Source: an uncultured cyanobacterium
Lineage (GTDB): Bacteria > Cyanobacteriota > Cyanobacteriia > Cyanobacteriales > Nostocaceae
Direction of reading: 5' to 3'
DNA length: 64,000 bases
Assembly: GCA_963706595.1 (NCBI GenBank)
Contig: OY970166.1
Coordinates: 1,920,001-1,984,000, forward strand
How positions within the stretch are numbered: the first letter of the stretch is position 1; each line of letters starts with the position of its first letter. A program made the translations under genes and the position numbers. This document shows positions 31,998 through 41,953 of the stretch, piece after piece. Below the pieces are notes generated by a model. It was not told where the DNA came from. It saw only the letters and a list, made by a program, of their open reading frames with translations, and ran no database searches.

Positions 31998-32285
31998 ATG
32001 CTCGCGTCTATTAATTTTGAAGATGACCAAAAAACACTTCAAGTTGAAGCCAATCAGCCCTTAACGAAGATCTGTGATGAGCATCCCGTTTCCATATTAT
32101 TTGGTTGCCGCAGTGTTGCCTGTGGAACTTGCCTGATAGAAGTTATGAGTGGGATGGATAATCTTTCTCCCATTAGAGAGGAAGAGCAAATATTACTTGA
32201 TATTTTAGTTCCAGATCATCCCAATGTTCGTCTAGCTTGTCAATGCGTAGTGCAGGGTGATATTCGGATTCGAGTAGCTGATTAA
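31998..32285 (+). CDS. 2Fe-2S ferredoxin
   Basis: GCRSVACGTC...RLACQ; GAGGAG RBS before ATG 31998. Confidence 0.9.
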   Translation: MLASINFEDDQKTLQVEANQPLTKICDEHPVSILFGCRSVACGTCLIEVMSGMDNLSPIREEEQILLDILVPDHPNVRLACQCVVQGDIRIRVAD

Positions 32286-32414
32286 TTAAGAAATTTTACT
32301 TCAAATAATTTTTATTATGGAGCCATAGTTCGAGACAGAAAGCTCACTCGAATTTCTCATCCATCTTACTTTGTACTTTTTCCATACTTCTGCCAATGGG
32401 GAAATCATAAAATC

Positions 32415-33803
32415 ATGAAAACATCTAAGTTTTTACCAATTCTAAATCAACAAAATCTTCAGAAATCAGTCGTAAATGACAGAAATTTGGGATGTATTGA
32501 GCAGGAGATGGAAAAGTTAAATAGTCGTGCTAAAACCTGGAATATAGTCACTATTAGTCGCATCAAAGGGCCTCTCAGGGCAGAAATTCTCAGACAGGCT
32601 CTAGATATGATTCAGCTTCGCCACCCTAAACTTAATTCCCGGATTATTCGTTCTAGAACGAGACTTTGCTTTCAAACTGAAGGGACAGCAACAATCCCTT
32701 TGCGTGTTGTGACAAAATTGGTTCATGAGCAGTGGCAAGAAGCCGTTAAAGAAGAAATGAACCAGGCAATTGATAGCAGCCAATGTCTAATGCGAGCCGT
32801 CCTTGTTCACTGTCAGAGTAACAGCAATGAAAATTACTTGATTACAACAGGACATCATGCCGTTGGGGATGCTTTATCATCTATTCGACTGCATTCAGAA
32901 ATTTTGACTTATTGTCAGCAAATTGTCTCCGGCAAGCTCATTAACCCAGTTTCTAGTTTACTGCCACTACCACCTGTAGAAGAACTATTACCCAAATGGA
33001 CAAAGAAGTTCAGAACTAAAATCAGCAATACACTATTTTTGTTGCAGCTTGGGTTACAGAAAATTTGGCATCGACCACAAACATTAGGCTTTGAAAAGTA
33101 TGCACCTATTGCCCAGCGTAGTTCTGATATTATTCACAGGCAACTTAACCCAGAGTTAACCCAACAGTTAATTAATTGTTGTCGGCAGGCAAATACAACT
33201 GTAAATAGTGCTTTATGTGCGGCAATGATGTTTATAATTGCCAATAAAATCGCTAAAAATAAAGACAAAGATATCAGAGTAAACTGCCTAACTTACCTTG
33301 ATTTACGGAGACATTTAGAATCCAAAATTAGCGATGAGCAGATGACTACATTAGCTTCATCTATTATGGGATTTTATACTATACGGACAAATACATCTTT
33401 CTGGGAATTAGCGCGGGAGGTAAAACAAAATGTTGAAGCTAGTAAAAAAGGCGGCGGTATGTATAAGATGATTTTAATTGCAAAGCAACTTATAGATTTT
33501 TCTTTAACCTATCCCCAGCAAGTAGCAGCTACAGTATCTGTATCTAATGCTGGTAGAGTCAATATCCCCAAAGATTATGGTGAATTTGAACTAGAAGAGA
33601 TCAGTTTTCTTGGTTCTCAGGCTCTGTATGCAGGTATGTTTGTTACTCATTCCGCAACTTTTGAAGGGAAAATGCTGTTGAATTTTGTATTTTCTGAACC
33701 TTCAATTAGTCGCAATACTATGGAGGATATTGTAAATCAACTCATGTCCTATCTTTCTCATATTTGTAACTTAAAAGTTGAGCCGAATTTAACTAAAATT
33801 TAA
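32415..33803 (+). CDS. Stand-alone condensation-fold acyltransferase (PapA5 / alcohol acetyltransferase-like)
   Basis: RHPKLNSRI, HHAVGDA, FWELAREVK and VSNAGRV. Confidence 0.8.
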   Translation: MKTSKFLPILNQQNLQKSVVNDRNLGCIEQEMEKLNSRAKTWNIVTISRIKGPLRAEILRQALDMIQLRHPKLNSRIIRSRTRLCFQTEGTATIPLRVVTKLVHEQWQEAVKEEMNQAIDSSQCLMRAVLVHCQSNSNENYLITTGHHAVGDALSSIRLHSEILTYCQQIVSGKLINPVSSLLPLPPVEELLPKWTKKFRTKISNTLFLLQLGLQKIWHRPQTLGFEKYAPIAQRSSDIIHRQLNPELTQQLINCCRQANTTVNSALCAAMMFIIANKIAKNKDKDIRVNCLTYLDLRRHLESKISDEQMTTLASSIMGFYTIRTNTSFWELAREVKQNVEASKKGGGMYKMILIAKQLIDFSLTYPQQVAATVSVSNAGRVNIPKDYGEFELEEISFLGSQALYAGMFVTHSATFEGKMLLNFVFSEPSISRNTMEDIVNQLMSYLSHICNLKVEPNLTKI

Positions 33804-33871
33804 CCTGTATTTAGGTCATTGCTGAGGAGATAGTAAAACAGGACAAATGTAAACGCTTATAAATATAAAAC

Positions 33872-35206
33872 ATGATTGATAACAGAAAGCTAGGACAGCT
33901 TGAGCAGGTTATGGAAAAGTTAAATAGCCGTGCTAAAACCTGGAACATAGTCACTATCAGCCGCATCAAAGGACCTCTCAATGCAGAAATTCTCAGACAG
34001 GCTCTAGATATAATTCAGCTTCGCCACCCTCGACTTAATTCGAGGATTATTTATGCTCGCAACAGTCTCCGCTTTCAAACGGAAGGAACAACAAAGATTC
34101 CTTTACGTGTTGTCAAAACCTTTGATGATGAACAGTGGCAAGAAATTGTTCGTGAAGAGATGAACCAGGAAATTGATAGCAGTAAATGTCTGATGCGAGC
34201 CGTGCTTGTTCATATCCAGAGCGAAAGCCATGTAAATTACCTGATTACCACAGGACATCACGCCATTGGAGATGGACTATCCTCTATCCAACTTCATTCA
34301 GAAATATTAACTTATTGCCAACAAATTGTAGCTGGAGAATTACGTAATTCAGTTGTTAGCTTGTTCCCACTTCCACCCATAGAAGAACTATTACCTCCAG
34401 AAACAAAGGGGTTAAAAGGTAAAATACTTAGCACACTATTTTTTTTACAAATAGCGTTGCAAAAACTTTTTAATCCTCCAGCAACATTAGGTTTTGAAAA
34501 GTATGCACCCATTGGTAAACGTCGTTGTGATATTGTTCATAGACAGCTTGACCCAGAGATAACCCAACAGTTAGTTTATCGTTGTCGCCAAGAAAATACC
34601 ACAGTAAATAGTGCTTTATCTGCTGCCATGATGTTTGCAGTGGCCAGCAAAATAAAAAAAGGTAATCGCCAAAAAATCCAGATGAATTGCCTCACAGCTA
34701 TTGATTTGAGAAAACGTTTAAGAACTCAAATTAATGAGCATCAGATGGCTGTTTTAGTCTCATCTATGATAGGGTTTTATACCATCAAGACCAACACATC
34801 GTTCTGGGAATTAGCGCGGGAGGTCAAGCAAAATATTGAAACTAGTATTCAGCGCGGTGATATCTTTAAAATGATATTAGTATCCCGGCATCTGATAAAT
34901 TTCTGTTTTGCTTCCCCTAAACAATTAGCTGGGACAGTATTGCTATCCAATGTTGGCAAAGTAAACATACCTAAAAACTACGGTGAATTTGAATTAGAAG
35001 AAATCAGTTTTACTAGCTCGCAGTCTTTGTATGCAGGAATGTTAACAAGTCATACTGCGACTTTTAGAGGAAAAATGATGTTGAATTTCGTGTTTTCTGA
35101 GCCTTCAATCAGTCGCGATACTATGGAAGAACTGGTAAACAATTGTATGCTTTATATTTCTCATGTTTGTCACCTCAAAATTCAGCAAAATTTAACGAAT
35201 GTTTGA
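33872..35206 (+). CDS. Second stand-alone condensation-fold acyltransferase (tandem paralogue)
   Basis: HHAIGDG and FWELAREVK; collinear with the preceding gene along its length. Confidence 0.8.
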   Translation: MIDNRKLGQLEQVMEKLNSRAKTWNIVTISRIKGPLNAEILRQALDIIQLRHPRLNSRIIYARNSLRFQTEGTTKIPLRVVKTFDDEQWQEIVREEMNQEIDSSKCLMRAVLVHIQSESHVNYLITTGHHAIGDGLSSIQLHSEILTYCQQIVAGELRNSVVSLFPLPPIEELLPPETKGLKGKILSTLFFLQIALQKLFNPPATLGFEKYAPIGKRRCDIVHRQLDPEITQQLVYRCRQENTTVNSALSAAMMFAVASKIKKGNRQKIQMNCLTAIDLRKRLRTQINEHQMAVLVSSMIGFYTIKTNTSFWELAREVKQNIETSIQRGDIFKMILVSRHLINFCFASPKQLAGTVLLSNVGKVNIPKNYGEFELEEISFTSSQSLYAGMLTSHTATFRGKMMLNFVFSEPSISRDTMEELVNNCMLYISHVCHLKIQQNLTNV

Positions 35207-35326
35207 CTAAAATATTCTGGTTGGTTTTTGAGACTAATCATGAATTCTAGCTACCAGAATAATGCTGGGCTATGTATTTTATCACCGCTAGCACTATCTA
35301 TAATCCGTTACTTTAGAGGTAAAACA

Positions 35327-35632
35327 ATGAACCAACCTAATCCTAATCCCAGTGCCATTGAATCTTATACTGTAGAAGAAATTGAAGCTTGGCTAGTCTC
35401 TCAAATTGCTGAACAGTTGAGTATTCAAACCGATGAAATAGATGTGAAAGAACCTTTAGATAGCTACGGATTAGATTCAGCCCAAGCGATGATGCTGGCA
35501 AATAAAACAGAAAATTTTCTGGGATTTAAGCTGTCTCCTATGCTGCTGTGGCATTACCCCACAATTGCATCACTATCCAAGCGCTTAGTCGAAGAAATAG
35601 AAGGCTCCGAGTCTGATATCTTTCAGATTTAA
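35327..35632 (+). CDS. Acyl carrier protein
   Basis: YGLDSAQA and LWHYPTIASL; GAGGT RBS before ATG 35327. Confidence 0.88.
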   Translation: MNQPNPNPSAIESYTVEEIEAWLVSQIAEQLSIQTDEIDVKEPLDSYGLDSAQAMMLANKTENFLGFKLSPMLLWHYPTIASLSKRLVEEIEGSESDIFQI

Positions 35633-35670
35633 TTACTAATATTTTGCAACAATTGGGGAATTTTGAAACT

Positions 35671-37542
35671 ATGGAAGCATCAGAACTTGTAACGAACCTC
35701 ACTGATAAAGGAGTTTATCTTTGGGTTGATAATGACAAACTGAAGATTCGTTCTCCCAAGGGTATAATTACCCCAGAAATCCAGGCAAATCTCATTGCTT
35801 ACAAAACAGAAATTTTGGCTTTTATCTGCGAGAAGGATATCACTAAAAACACTGAGGTTGTGCCTCTGATACAGGGGCTAAATGTGCAAACTATTGGACG
35901 TTTGATTGGGGGATTTGCGGGTAAAAGCACTGTGGAATATAAACCACCTATTATTGACCCTAAAAAGATGGCTCAACAGTTAATGGTGACATTTAAACCT
36001 TTGCCAAAAAACTATAAAAAGTCAGAAATTTTGCAATTCCGCCAAGAATTAGAAAATTATCTCAAGGAATATGGTGTTAAAATCATTCCTTGGGAGCAAG
36101 CAACCACAGAGTTTACCTATGACATCTTATTGCCGATAATTAACCAGAAAAAAATCTTTAAAGTGAGGGGAGTTAGAGCCGAAATTAATGCTGTTATTGA
36201 TGTAGAAAATTCTCCATCTGCACTCAGGAAGCTGGGAATTTGTGCTGCGGAAAATTGGTACAAATTTTATTGCGACTTTATGTTGAAAAACCGAGAAATT
36301 TCGGTATTAAATATTGCCAGATTTAGTAGCTGGGCTGAAGACCACGCAGCCAAATATGTTGAAGATCCTACTAATACTCAGGTAATAATTTTAACCGAAA
36401 TAGATCATGATTTCATTAACCCAGAGATACCATATCAACAAAAAATTAATATTGGTTTAAATACTTTAGTTAGAACTTTTTCGGAAATTGTCATTGGAGT
36501 TGCTGTTGATAAAATTTCTATTTTAAATATGAATCTTTCCGACTCTATCTTCCCAAAACAAGAAATGAAAGAGTTTGTTTTTAAATCACTAATCCCAAAG
36601 GTTTTTGTGCCAATTTCTCCACTTTTATTGAATCGTTTTGAAATAGGAGAGTATCAATCAGAAAAATCTATTTTTGCGAAAAAATTAGTAAAATTGGGTC
36701 AAGAACTTGCATTAACAGGTCTATTTCCTCCTGGGTTTAAACTGAATGAAGTAATTAAAAGAAAGTCTCATAGAGATATTGTCAATGTGATTGTGAACGG
36801 TAGAACAGGTGTTTCTTATGGGTTTGTGGCTTATGCTGAACCTCCGCAATATTTTGGGGCTAAGGAAATAAATGTAGCTGAATGGGAAAAATTATCCCCT
36901 GTTGAGGGATTTACCAGTAATGAACTTCGTCAAAATGAACAAGGTAGACGTTATCTCAAAACCCAAATAAGAGGAGAAAATGTATTTAAGCAAATACCAG
37001 ATATTTGGCTGGTTAGCGCTCGTTCAGGGTCAAACAAAACCAATTTGAATATTGCCAGTGATGTGATTAGAATTGGTTTGAAAGACAAATTATATCTGGA
37101 ACTACCTGAAGGTATTCAGACAAACAAGGTAGATATCAAACCTTCTTATGATATCTACGTAATGCTGGCAATTAGTCTGTCTGCGGCTTTATATACGCCA
37201 GATTTAATTAAAGATGGTGCGCCAATTGTCCATTTTCACGGTTATCCGGCATTTGATTGGTTTAAACCGCATGAGTACTGTGTGGGAGTACACAACCCTT
37301 CTGTGCCTTGCGGTACTTATGAATCGGGTGTGTTCAATTTTTTGGGGATTTCTAGTTTAGCAAATCAACCGACAGCAAATATGTCTTTAATCAGTCTAGT
37401 AGAACCAGATCATGGGACTAATTTTATCGGACATGATTTGGAGTACCTTGTGGAAAGGTTGAAAACTGGTTGTGCTGAGGGGCAAATTGAGTTAGGTGGT
37501 AAGCATTTTGCTTCTCTGAAGGCTAAAGTAGAAAAATCTTGA
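35671..37542 (+). CDS. TubC-type N-terminal docking domain protein with a C-terminal class II aldolase/adducin-like domain
   Basis: N-terminal KGVYLWVDNDKLKIRSPKGIITPE; C-terminal SARSGSNK, IVHFH, PCGT and PDHGTNFIG. Confidence 0.55.
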   Translation: MEASELVTNLTDKGVYLWVDNDKLKIRSPKGIITPEIQANLIAYKTEILAFICEKDITKNTEVVPLIQGLNVQTIGRLIGGFAGKSTVEYKPPIIDPKKMAQQLMVTFKPLPKNYKKSEILQFRQELENYLKEYGVKIIPWEQATTEFTYDILLPIINQKKIFKVRGVRAEINAVIDVENSPSALRKLGICAAENWYKFYCDFMLKNREISVLNIARFSSWAEDHAAKYVEDPTNTQVIILTEIDHDFINPEIPYQQKINIGLNTLVRTFSEIVIGVAVDKISILNMNLSDSIFPKQEMKEFVFKSLIPKVFVPISPLLLNRFEIGEYQSEKSIFAKKLVKLGQELALTGLFPPGFKLNEVIKRKSHRDIVNVIVNGRTGVSYGFVAYAEPPQYFGAKEINVAEWEKLSPVEGFTSNELRQNEQGRRYLKTQIRGENVFKQIPDIWLVSARSGSNKTNLNIASDVIRIGLKDKLYLELPEGIQTNKVDIKPSYDIYVMLAISLSAALYTPDLIKDGAPIVHFHGYPAFDWFKPHEYCVGVHNPSVPCGTYESGVFNFLGISSLANQPTANMSLISLVEPDHGTNFIGHDLEYLVERLKTGCAEGQIELGGKHFASLKAKVEKS

Positions 37543-37668
37543 GTTGATTTAGGGATTTATCAGAAATAAATTCAGCGAATAAACTAACCACTCCAGGCAC
37601 AGATAACGCTGATGAATAAGCCAGGGAGATGTTTTAGAGAAGGTCTCTAGGAAGATTTTAGCAAAAGC

Positions 37669-37942
37669 ATATAGCGGTTCTCGGTTGAGTGAGATACAAG
37701 AACCCCACCCCCAACCCCCTCCCCGCAAGCGCTACCGTGTACACACAAGTGGGGAAATTCTCTTTTGTGTCATAAGACCCCACCCCCAGCCCCTCCCCGC
37801 AAGCGAGGAGGGGAGCAGGATTTTTGTTTGAATACTGTTTCTAGGGCTGAAAATTAGCTCTAGTCCAATTTGTGTATACACCGTAGCCCCGCAAGCGAGG
37901 AGGGGGCTATGATGTATTTCATTCAAGTGGATACCGCTATAT
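37669..37942. mobile_element. Nested MITEs: outer ATATAGCGG-ended element carrying a 155-bp inner MITE (37732-37886)
   Basis: Inner 19-bp TIRs with 11-bp target duplication CCCCGCAAGCG at 37721-37731 and 37887-37897. Confidence 0.8.
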
Positions 37943-38135
37943 TAAATTTTCACCTGATGTCTAATCATTCAAAAACCTCACCCTGCTTTTGTTATGCAAA
38001 AGCTGTCCCTCTCCTTGGTAAGGAGAGGGTTTTGTTCAGCAGTTTTCATTTATCTGTATACGCTGCGGGAAGCCGCTAAAGCTGATTTTTTGATGTTCTA
38101 AACTGAGTGGTAAACTGCTGCAATTCATCGCATTA

Positions 38136-39056
38136 TTAGCTACGGATATTAATGCGGTCAACTAAAGGAGGGGCGCTGGAACCATTACCGTCTGTTTGCC
38201 GATTTTGGGGCGTACCGTGTAATTTTGGTTCTGGTTGTGGTGGTTGCGGTTCTGGACCCAGAGGTTGGGGATGTTCAATATATTCAAATTCTCCTTTACC
38301 ATCCATTGAACGCCCTTTTGCCCAACGACCTTCGGCGCTTTCATTACCATCTGAGTGATTCCAGAACTGATAAGCAACTTCGCGTTTCTCTAATTCCAGA
38401 GGGAAGGAACTGGGAACCGGAGTACTTTCTAGTCCTGATTCTTTTAGATCCTCAATGGCTGCTTCCCACTGATTTTGATGCATGGTGTCACGAGCAATCA
38501 TAAAGCTTAAGGTATCTTTCACCCCAGGATCATCGGACATTTCATAGAGTCGCACTGCTTGCAAACGTCCCTGAGATTCGGCATGGAGATTAGAGCGAAA
38601 ATCTGCCATGAGGTTGCCGCTAGCGACGATAAAGCGACCATTCCAAGGGAAGCCCACGCTGTCAGCCGGCATTGCACCTAAACCGGAAACGATCGCGTGT
38701 TGAGGGTTCATGGCTGCTGCCATAATCATCTCGCGTGGATTTGTACCACCCATCACCGCACCGACTACGGCATCTTTCGCCCCTTCTTCTTGGACTTTCA
38801 CTGGGGCTTTATCTAGGAGATGGGCGATCGTTGTCGCTAGCATCTCGATGTGACCGATTTCTTCAGTGCCGATATCTAGCAGCATATCCCTGTACTTAGC
38901 AGGGCCTCGGCAGTTCCAACCTTGAAATAGGTATTGCATCATCACGGTCATTTCGCCAAATGTACCACCGATGAGTTCTTGCATTTTCATCGCGTAGACT
39001 GCATCTGGTTTTTGTGGTGGCTTGAAATACTGTAACTTTTTCTGGTGATAAAACAT
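38136..39056 (-). CDS. Manganese catalase family protein
   Basis: QELIGGTFGEMTVMMQY, DIGTEEIGHIEM and ARDTMHQNQW. Confidence 0.92.
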   Translation of the reverse strand: MFYHQKKLQYFKPPQKPDAVYAMKMQELIGGTFGEMTVMMQYLFQGWNCRGPAKYRDMLLDIGTEEIGHIEMLATTIAHLLDKAPVKVQEEGAKDAVVGAVMGGTNPREMIMAAAMNPQHAIVSGLGAMPADSVGFPWNGRFIVASGNLMADFRSNLHAESQGRLQAVRLYEMSDDPGVKDTLSFMIARDTMHQNQWEAAIEDLKESGLESTPVPSSFPLELEKREVAYQFWNHSDGNESAEGRWAKGRSMDGKGEFEYIEHPQPLGPEPQPPQPEPKLHGTPQNRQTDGNGSSAPPLVDRINIRS

Positions 39057-39358
39057 TGGGTTTCCTACTTAATTGATGGCATCTGGCAATACACAAATTA
39101 AATGTGAGTTTTGTGTTGCAGATACTTTCTAGGAAACTAGCCAATTCTGATGTCTACATCATGCTGGCGGGATATAAAAATATGGCAGAGTTTATAACTA
39201 CAGATATACACAAAAATAGCTAAATTATCTGTGTTGAGATATATTATTGGTCTGGGTTTTAACAGTTATCAGTTACCAGTCAAGAGACATAAGCTAATCG
39301 GCATTTAACTTGCATAAAATGGGCGGGCATCTTTGCCCACCCCACAAGATTGATTATA

Positions 39359-39700
39359 TTAATTCTCATCTCGGCCATGAATTTGAGCAGGTGGACTGGT
39401 GGCTTCAACTGCTGTGAATGGTTCGAGGATTTTGTAAGTATGATTTGCACCTTTTGGTACTACCCAGGAACTTCCAGGTTCTAATAAAATCATTTGTCCT
39501 TCTATGTGCAGTTCTGCGCGGCCTTTAATTGCATAGCCAACTGTTTCGTATTCGCGGGAGGTTGGTTGTTTATCGGCGCTTGGTTGTTCGTCTTCCCAAA
39601 GACGCATAGATATTGATTTGCCAGAGGCTAAATATTTCTGACCGAGTTGACCTTTGGGGGAATGGCTGGAGTCTATTTTTTTAACACTTGTGTCAGTCAT
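39359..39700 (-). CDS. Cupin domain protein
   Basis: YETVGYAIKGRAEL...LEPGSSWVVPKGANHTY. Confidence 0.85.
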   Translation of the reverse strand: MTDTSVKKIDSSHSPKGQLGQKYLASGKSISMRLWEDEQPSADKQPTSREYETVGYAIKGRAELHIEGQMILLEPGSSWVVPKGANHTYKILEPFTAVEATSPPAQIHGRDEN

Positions 39701-39715
39701 AATTAATTAACCAGT

Positions 39716-40885
39716 TTATGGTTTGAGTACAACTTTGATGCAGTTATCTTTTTTGTGCTTGAAAATTTCGTAGGCGTGGGGTGCTTGTTCTAGAGGTAGA
39801 CTGTGGGTGATCACAAATGATGGATCGATTTCACCGTTTTGAATACGTTCTAGTAATGGTTGTAAATACCTATGGACGTGTGTTTGTCCCATTTTGAAGG
39901 TGAGGCCTTTGTTCATGGCTGCACCCATTGGCATTTTGTCGATAAAGCCACCGTAAACTCCTGGGATTGAGACTTTACCAGCTTTACTACAAGTTAAAAT
40001 TACTTGCCTTAAGGCTGTTGGGCGGTCTGTTTCTAGGCGTACTGTTTGTTTTACTTGGTCGTATAAAGCCATAAAGTCTGTACCATGTGCTTCCATACCC
40101 ACTGCATCAATGCAAGCGTCGGGGCCACGTCCGCCGGTCATTTCTTTGAGGGCTTCCCCAACTTCGATGTCTTCGTAGTTGAGAACTTCGGCTTTGCCGT
40201 ATTCTTTCGCCATTTGTAGGCGTTCGGGAATGCGATCGCACGCTATAACTCTTTCTGCACCCAGGAGATAAGCGCTGAGGATGGCAAATTGTCCCACAGG
40301 TCCGCAACCCCACACAGCCACGGTATCACCGGGTTTGATGTCGCAGTTCTCAGCAGCCATGTAGCCTGTGGGAAAGATGTCTGTTAAAAACAATACTTGT
40401 TCATCTGTTAAATTATCGGGTATTTTGAACAAGCCGACATCGGCAAAGGGGACTCTCGCATATTCGGCTTGACCACCTGCGTAACCACCCAATAAGTGAG
40501 AATAGCCAAATATACCGGATGGTGAGTAGCCCATTAATTTTTCTGCCATCCAAGCATTCGGGTTGGAGTTGTCGCACAATGACCATAATTGCTGTTGACA
40601 AAATAGACAACCTCCGCAAGATATGGTGAAGGGAACTACTACGCGATCGCCTATTTGCAGATTTTTGACTTTACTCCCTAATTCAACGACTTCTCCCATG
40701 AATTCGTGACCCAGGATATCGCCTTTTTCCATTGCGGGAATATAGCCGTTATAAAGATGCAAGTCTGAACCGCAAATGGCGGTGGAAGTAATTTTGACTA
40801 TGGCATCACGCGGGTTGATAATTTTGGGATCAGGTACTGTTTCTACCCGCACATTGTTTGCTCCGTGCCAGCAAACTGCTTTCAT
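39716..40885 (-). CDS. Zinc-dependent alcohol dehydrogenase (formaldehyde dehydrogenase-like)
   Basis: ICGSDLH, GHEFMG, CGGCLFC...C and GCGPVG. Confidence 0.92.
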   Translation of the reverse strand: MKAVCWHGANNVRVETVPDPKIINPRDAIVKITSTAICGSDLHLYNGYIPAMEKGDILGHEFMGEVVELGSKVKNLQIGDRVVVPFTISCGGCLFCQQQLWSLCDNSNPNAWMAEKLMGYSPSGIFGYSHLLGGYAGGQAEYARVPFADVGLFKIPDNLTDEQVLFLTDIFPTGYMAAENCDIKPGDTVAVWGCGPVGQFAILSAYLLGAERVIACDRIPERLQMAKEYGKAEVLNYEDIEVGEALKEMTGGRGPDACIDAVGMEAHGTDFMALYDQVKQTVRLETDRPTALRQVILTCSKAGKVSIPGVYGGFIDKMPMGAAMNKGLTFKMGQTHVHRYLQPLLERIQNGEIDPSFVITHSLPLEQAPHAYEIFKHKKDNCIKVVLKP

Positions 40886-40994
40886 AATGATTTATCCTTA
40901 TTTATTAGTATCCTCTCGTGGTTTGCTTGGAGTTTGAATATTTTTTCAACCACAGAGGACGCAGAGAGAGAAGATTTTTTGCTCTCTTGTGCGC

Positions 40995-41381
40995 TTATGG
41001 TCTATTTTCTTGATAATATCCGTGTCGAGTGCCTGTAATTGGTTCTACGGTATCTTCAACTTGGGTTTGAACTGAGTCTAAAAACTCTTTTGTAGCTCTA
41101 GGCGTTGGTTCATCTAGGTTGAGCTTTTCTCGCACATTCTCAGCAGTTTCTTTGAGGTTTTTCTGAACATGATCAATCTGTTGGTCGTTTCTGATGGAGG
41201 CACTATCAGGCGTACCTTTGTAATAAATGCCTTCGGGAGTTTTTACGGTGTCAGCTTTCGCTAACATCAGATCATTCCCGTAGTTAAAAGTCTGAAATGA
41301 GAAAAAAGCAAAACCGATCAGAAAAATTACGATAATTTGGCGCAGAAGGATATTTTGTAACCAAGAAAATAGGCGTTTCAT
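40995..41381 (-). CDS. Hypothetical exported or membrane-anchored protein
   Basis: N-terminal hydrophobic segment; lies within the stress operon. Confidence 0.6.
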   Translation of the reverse strand: MKRLFSWLQNILLRQIIVIFLIGFAFFSFQTFNYGNDLMLAKADTVKTPEGIYYKGTPDSASIRNDQQIDHVQKNLKETAENVREKLNLDEPTPRATKEFLDSVQTQVEDTVEPITGTRHGYYQENRP

Positions 41382-41411
41382 AAAAATCCTCACTCAATTG
41401 TAATTGGATAA

Positions 41412-41894
41412 CTATTTTTGTCCGGTGGGCTGTCCCTCGGTGGTGGCAATTTCACCCGTTTCCATCAACATTTTGAAACGGCGTAAATCATCACCAATCT
41501 GCTGTTTTGGTTCTTCACCAAATAATTTGGCGATCGCAACACCTAAAGCCCCACCTGGAGGGTTATATTTAAGAACAACTTTGACTTCTGTACCGCGATC
41601 GCCTGGGGCTGCTTGAAAACGCACAAAACCAGAGTTATCCACATCTGCACCAGCTACAGAAGCCCAAGAAATAAACTCGTTTTCTCGGTCTTCTATAATG
41701 TCTGCGTCCCATTTCACACTCTGCCCCAAGGGAGCGTTAGCAACCCAATGGGAACGCTGTTCGTTATACACTTTCACAAGTTTGAGATGTTTCATAAATG
41801 TGGGCAGATTCTCAAAGTTGTGCCAAAAGCGGTACAGTTCATCTGCTGGTTTATTGATAGTTACTGTTTTTTCAACTTTGATGGGTTCGTTCAT
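41412..41894 (-). CDS. SRPBCC / polyketide cyclase family protein
   Basis: VEKTVTIN, FWHNFENLPTFM, RSHWVA and DLRRFKMLMETGE; ATG at 41894. Confidence 0.88.
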   Translation of the reverse strand: MNEPIKVEKTVTINKPADELYRFWHNFENLPTFMKHLKLVKVYNEQRSHWVANAPLGQSVKWDADIIEDRENEFISWASVAGADVDNSGFVRFQAAPGDRGTEVKVVLKYNPPGGALGVAIAKLFGEEPKQQIGDDLRRFKMLMETGEIATTEGQPTGQK

Positions 41895-41953
41895 AAAGAA
41901 AGTGCTAAATAACTTTATTTCTCCCTTGCTTCCTGCCCCTCTGCCTCCATCCA

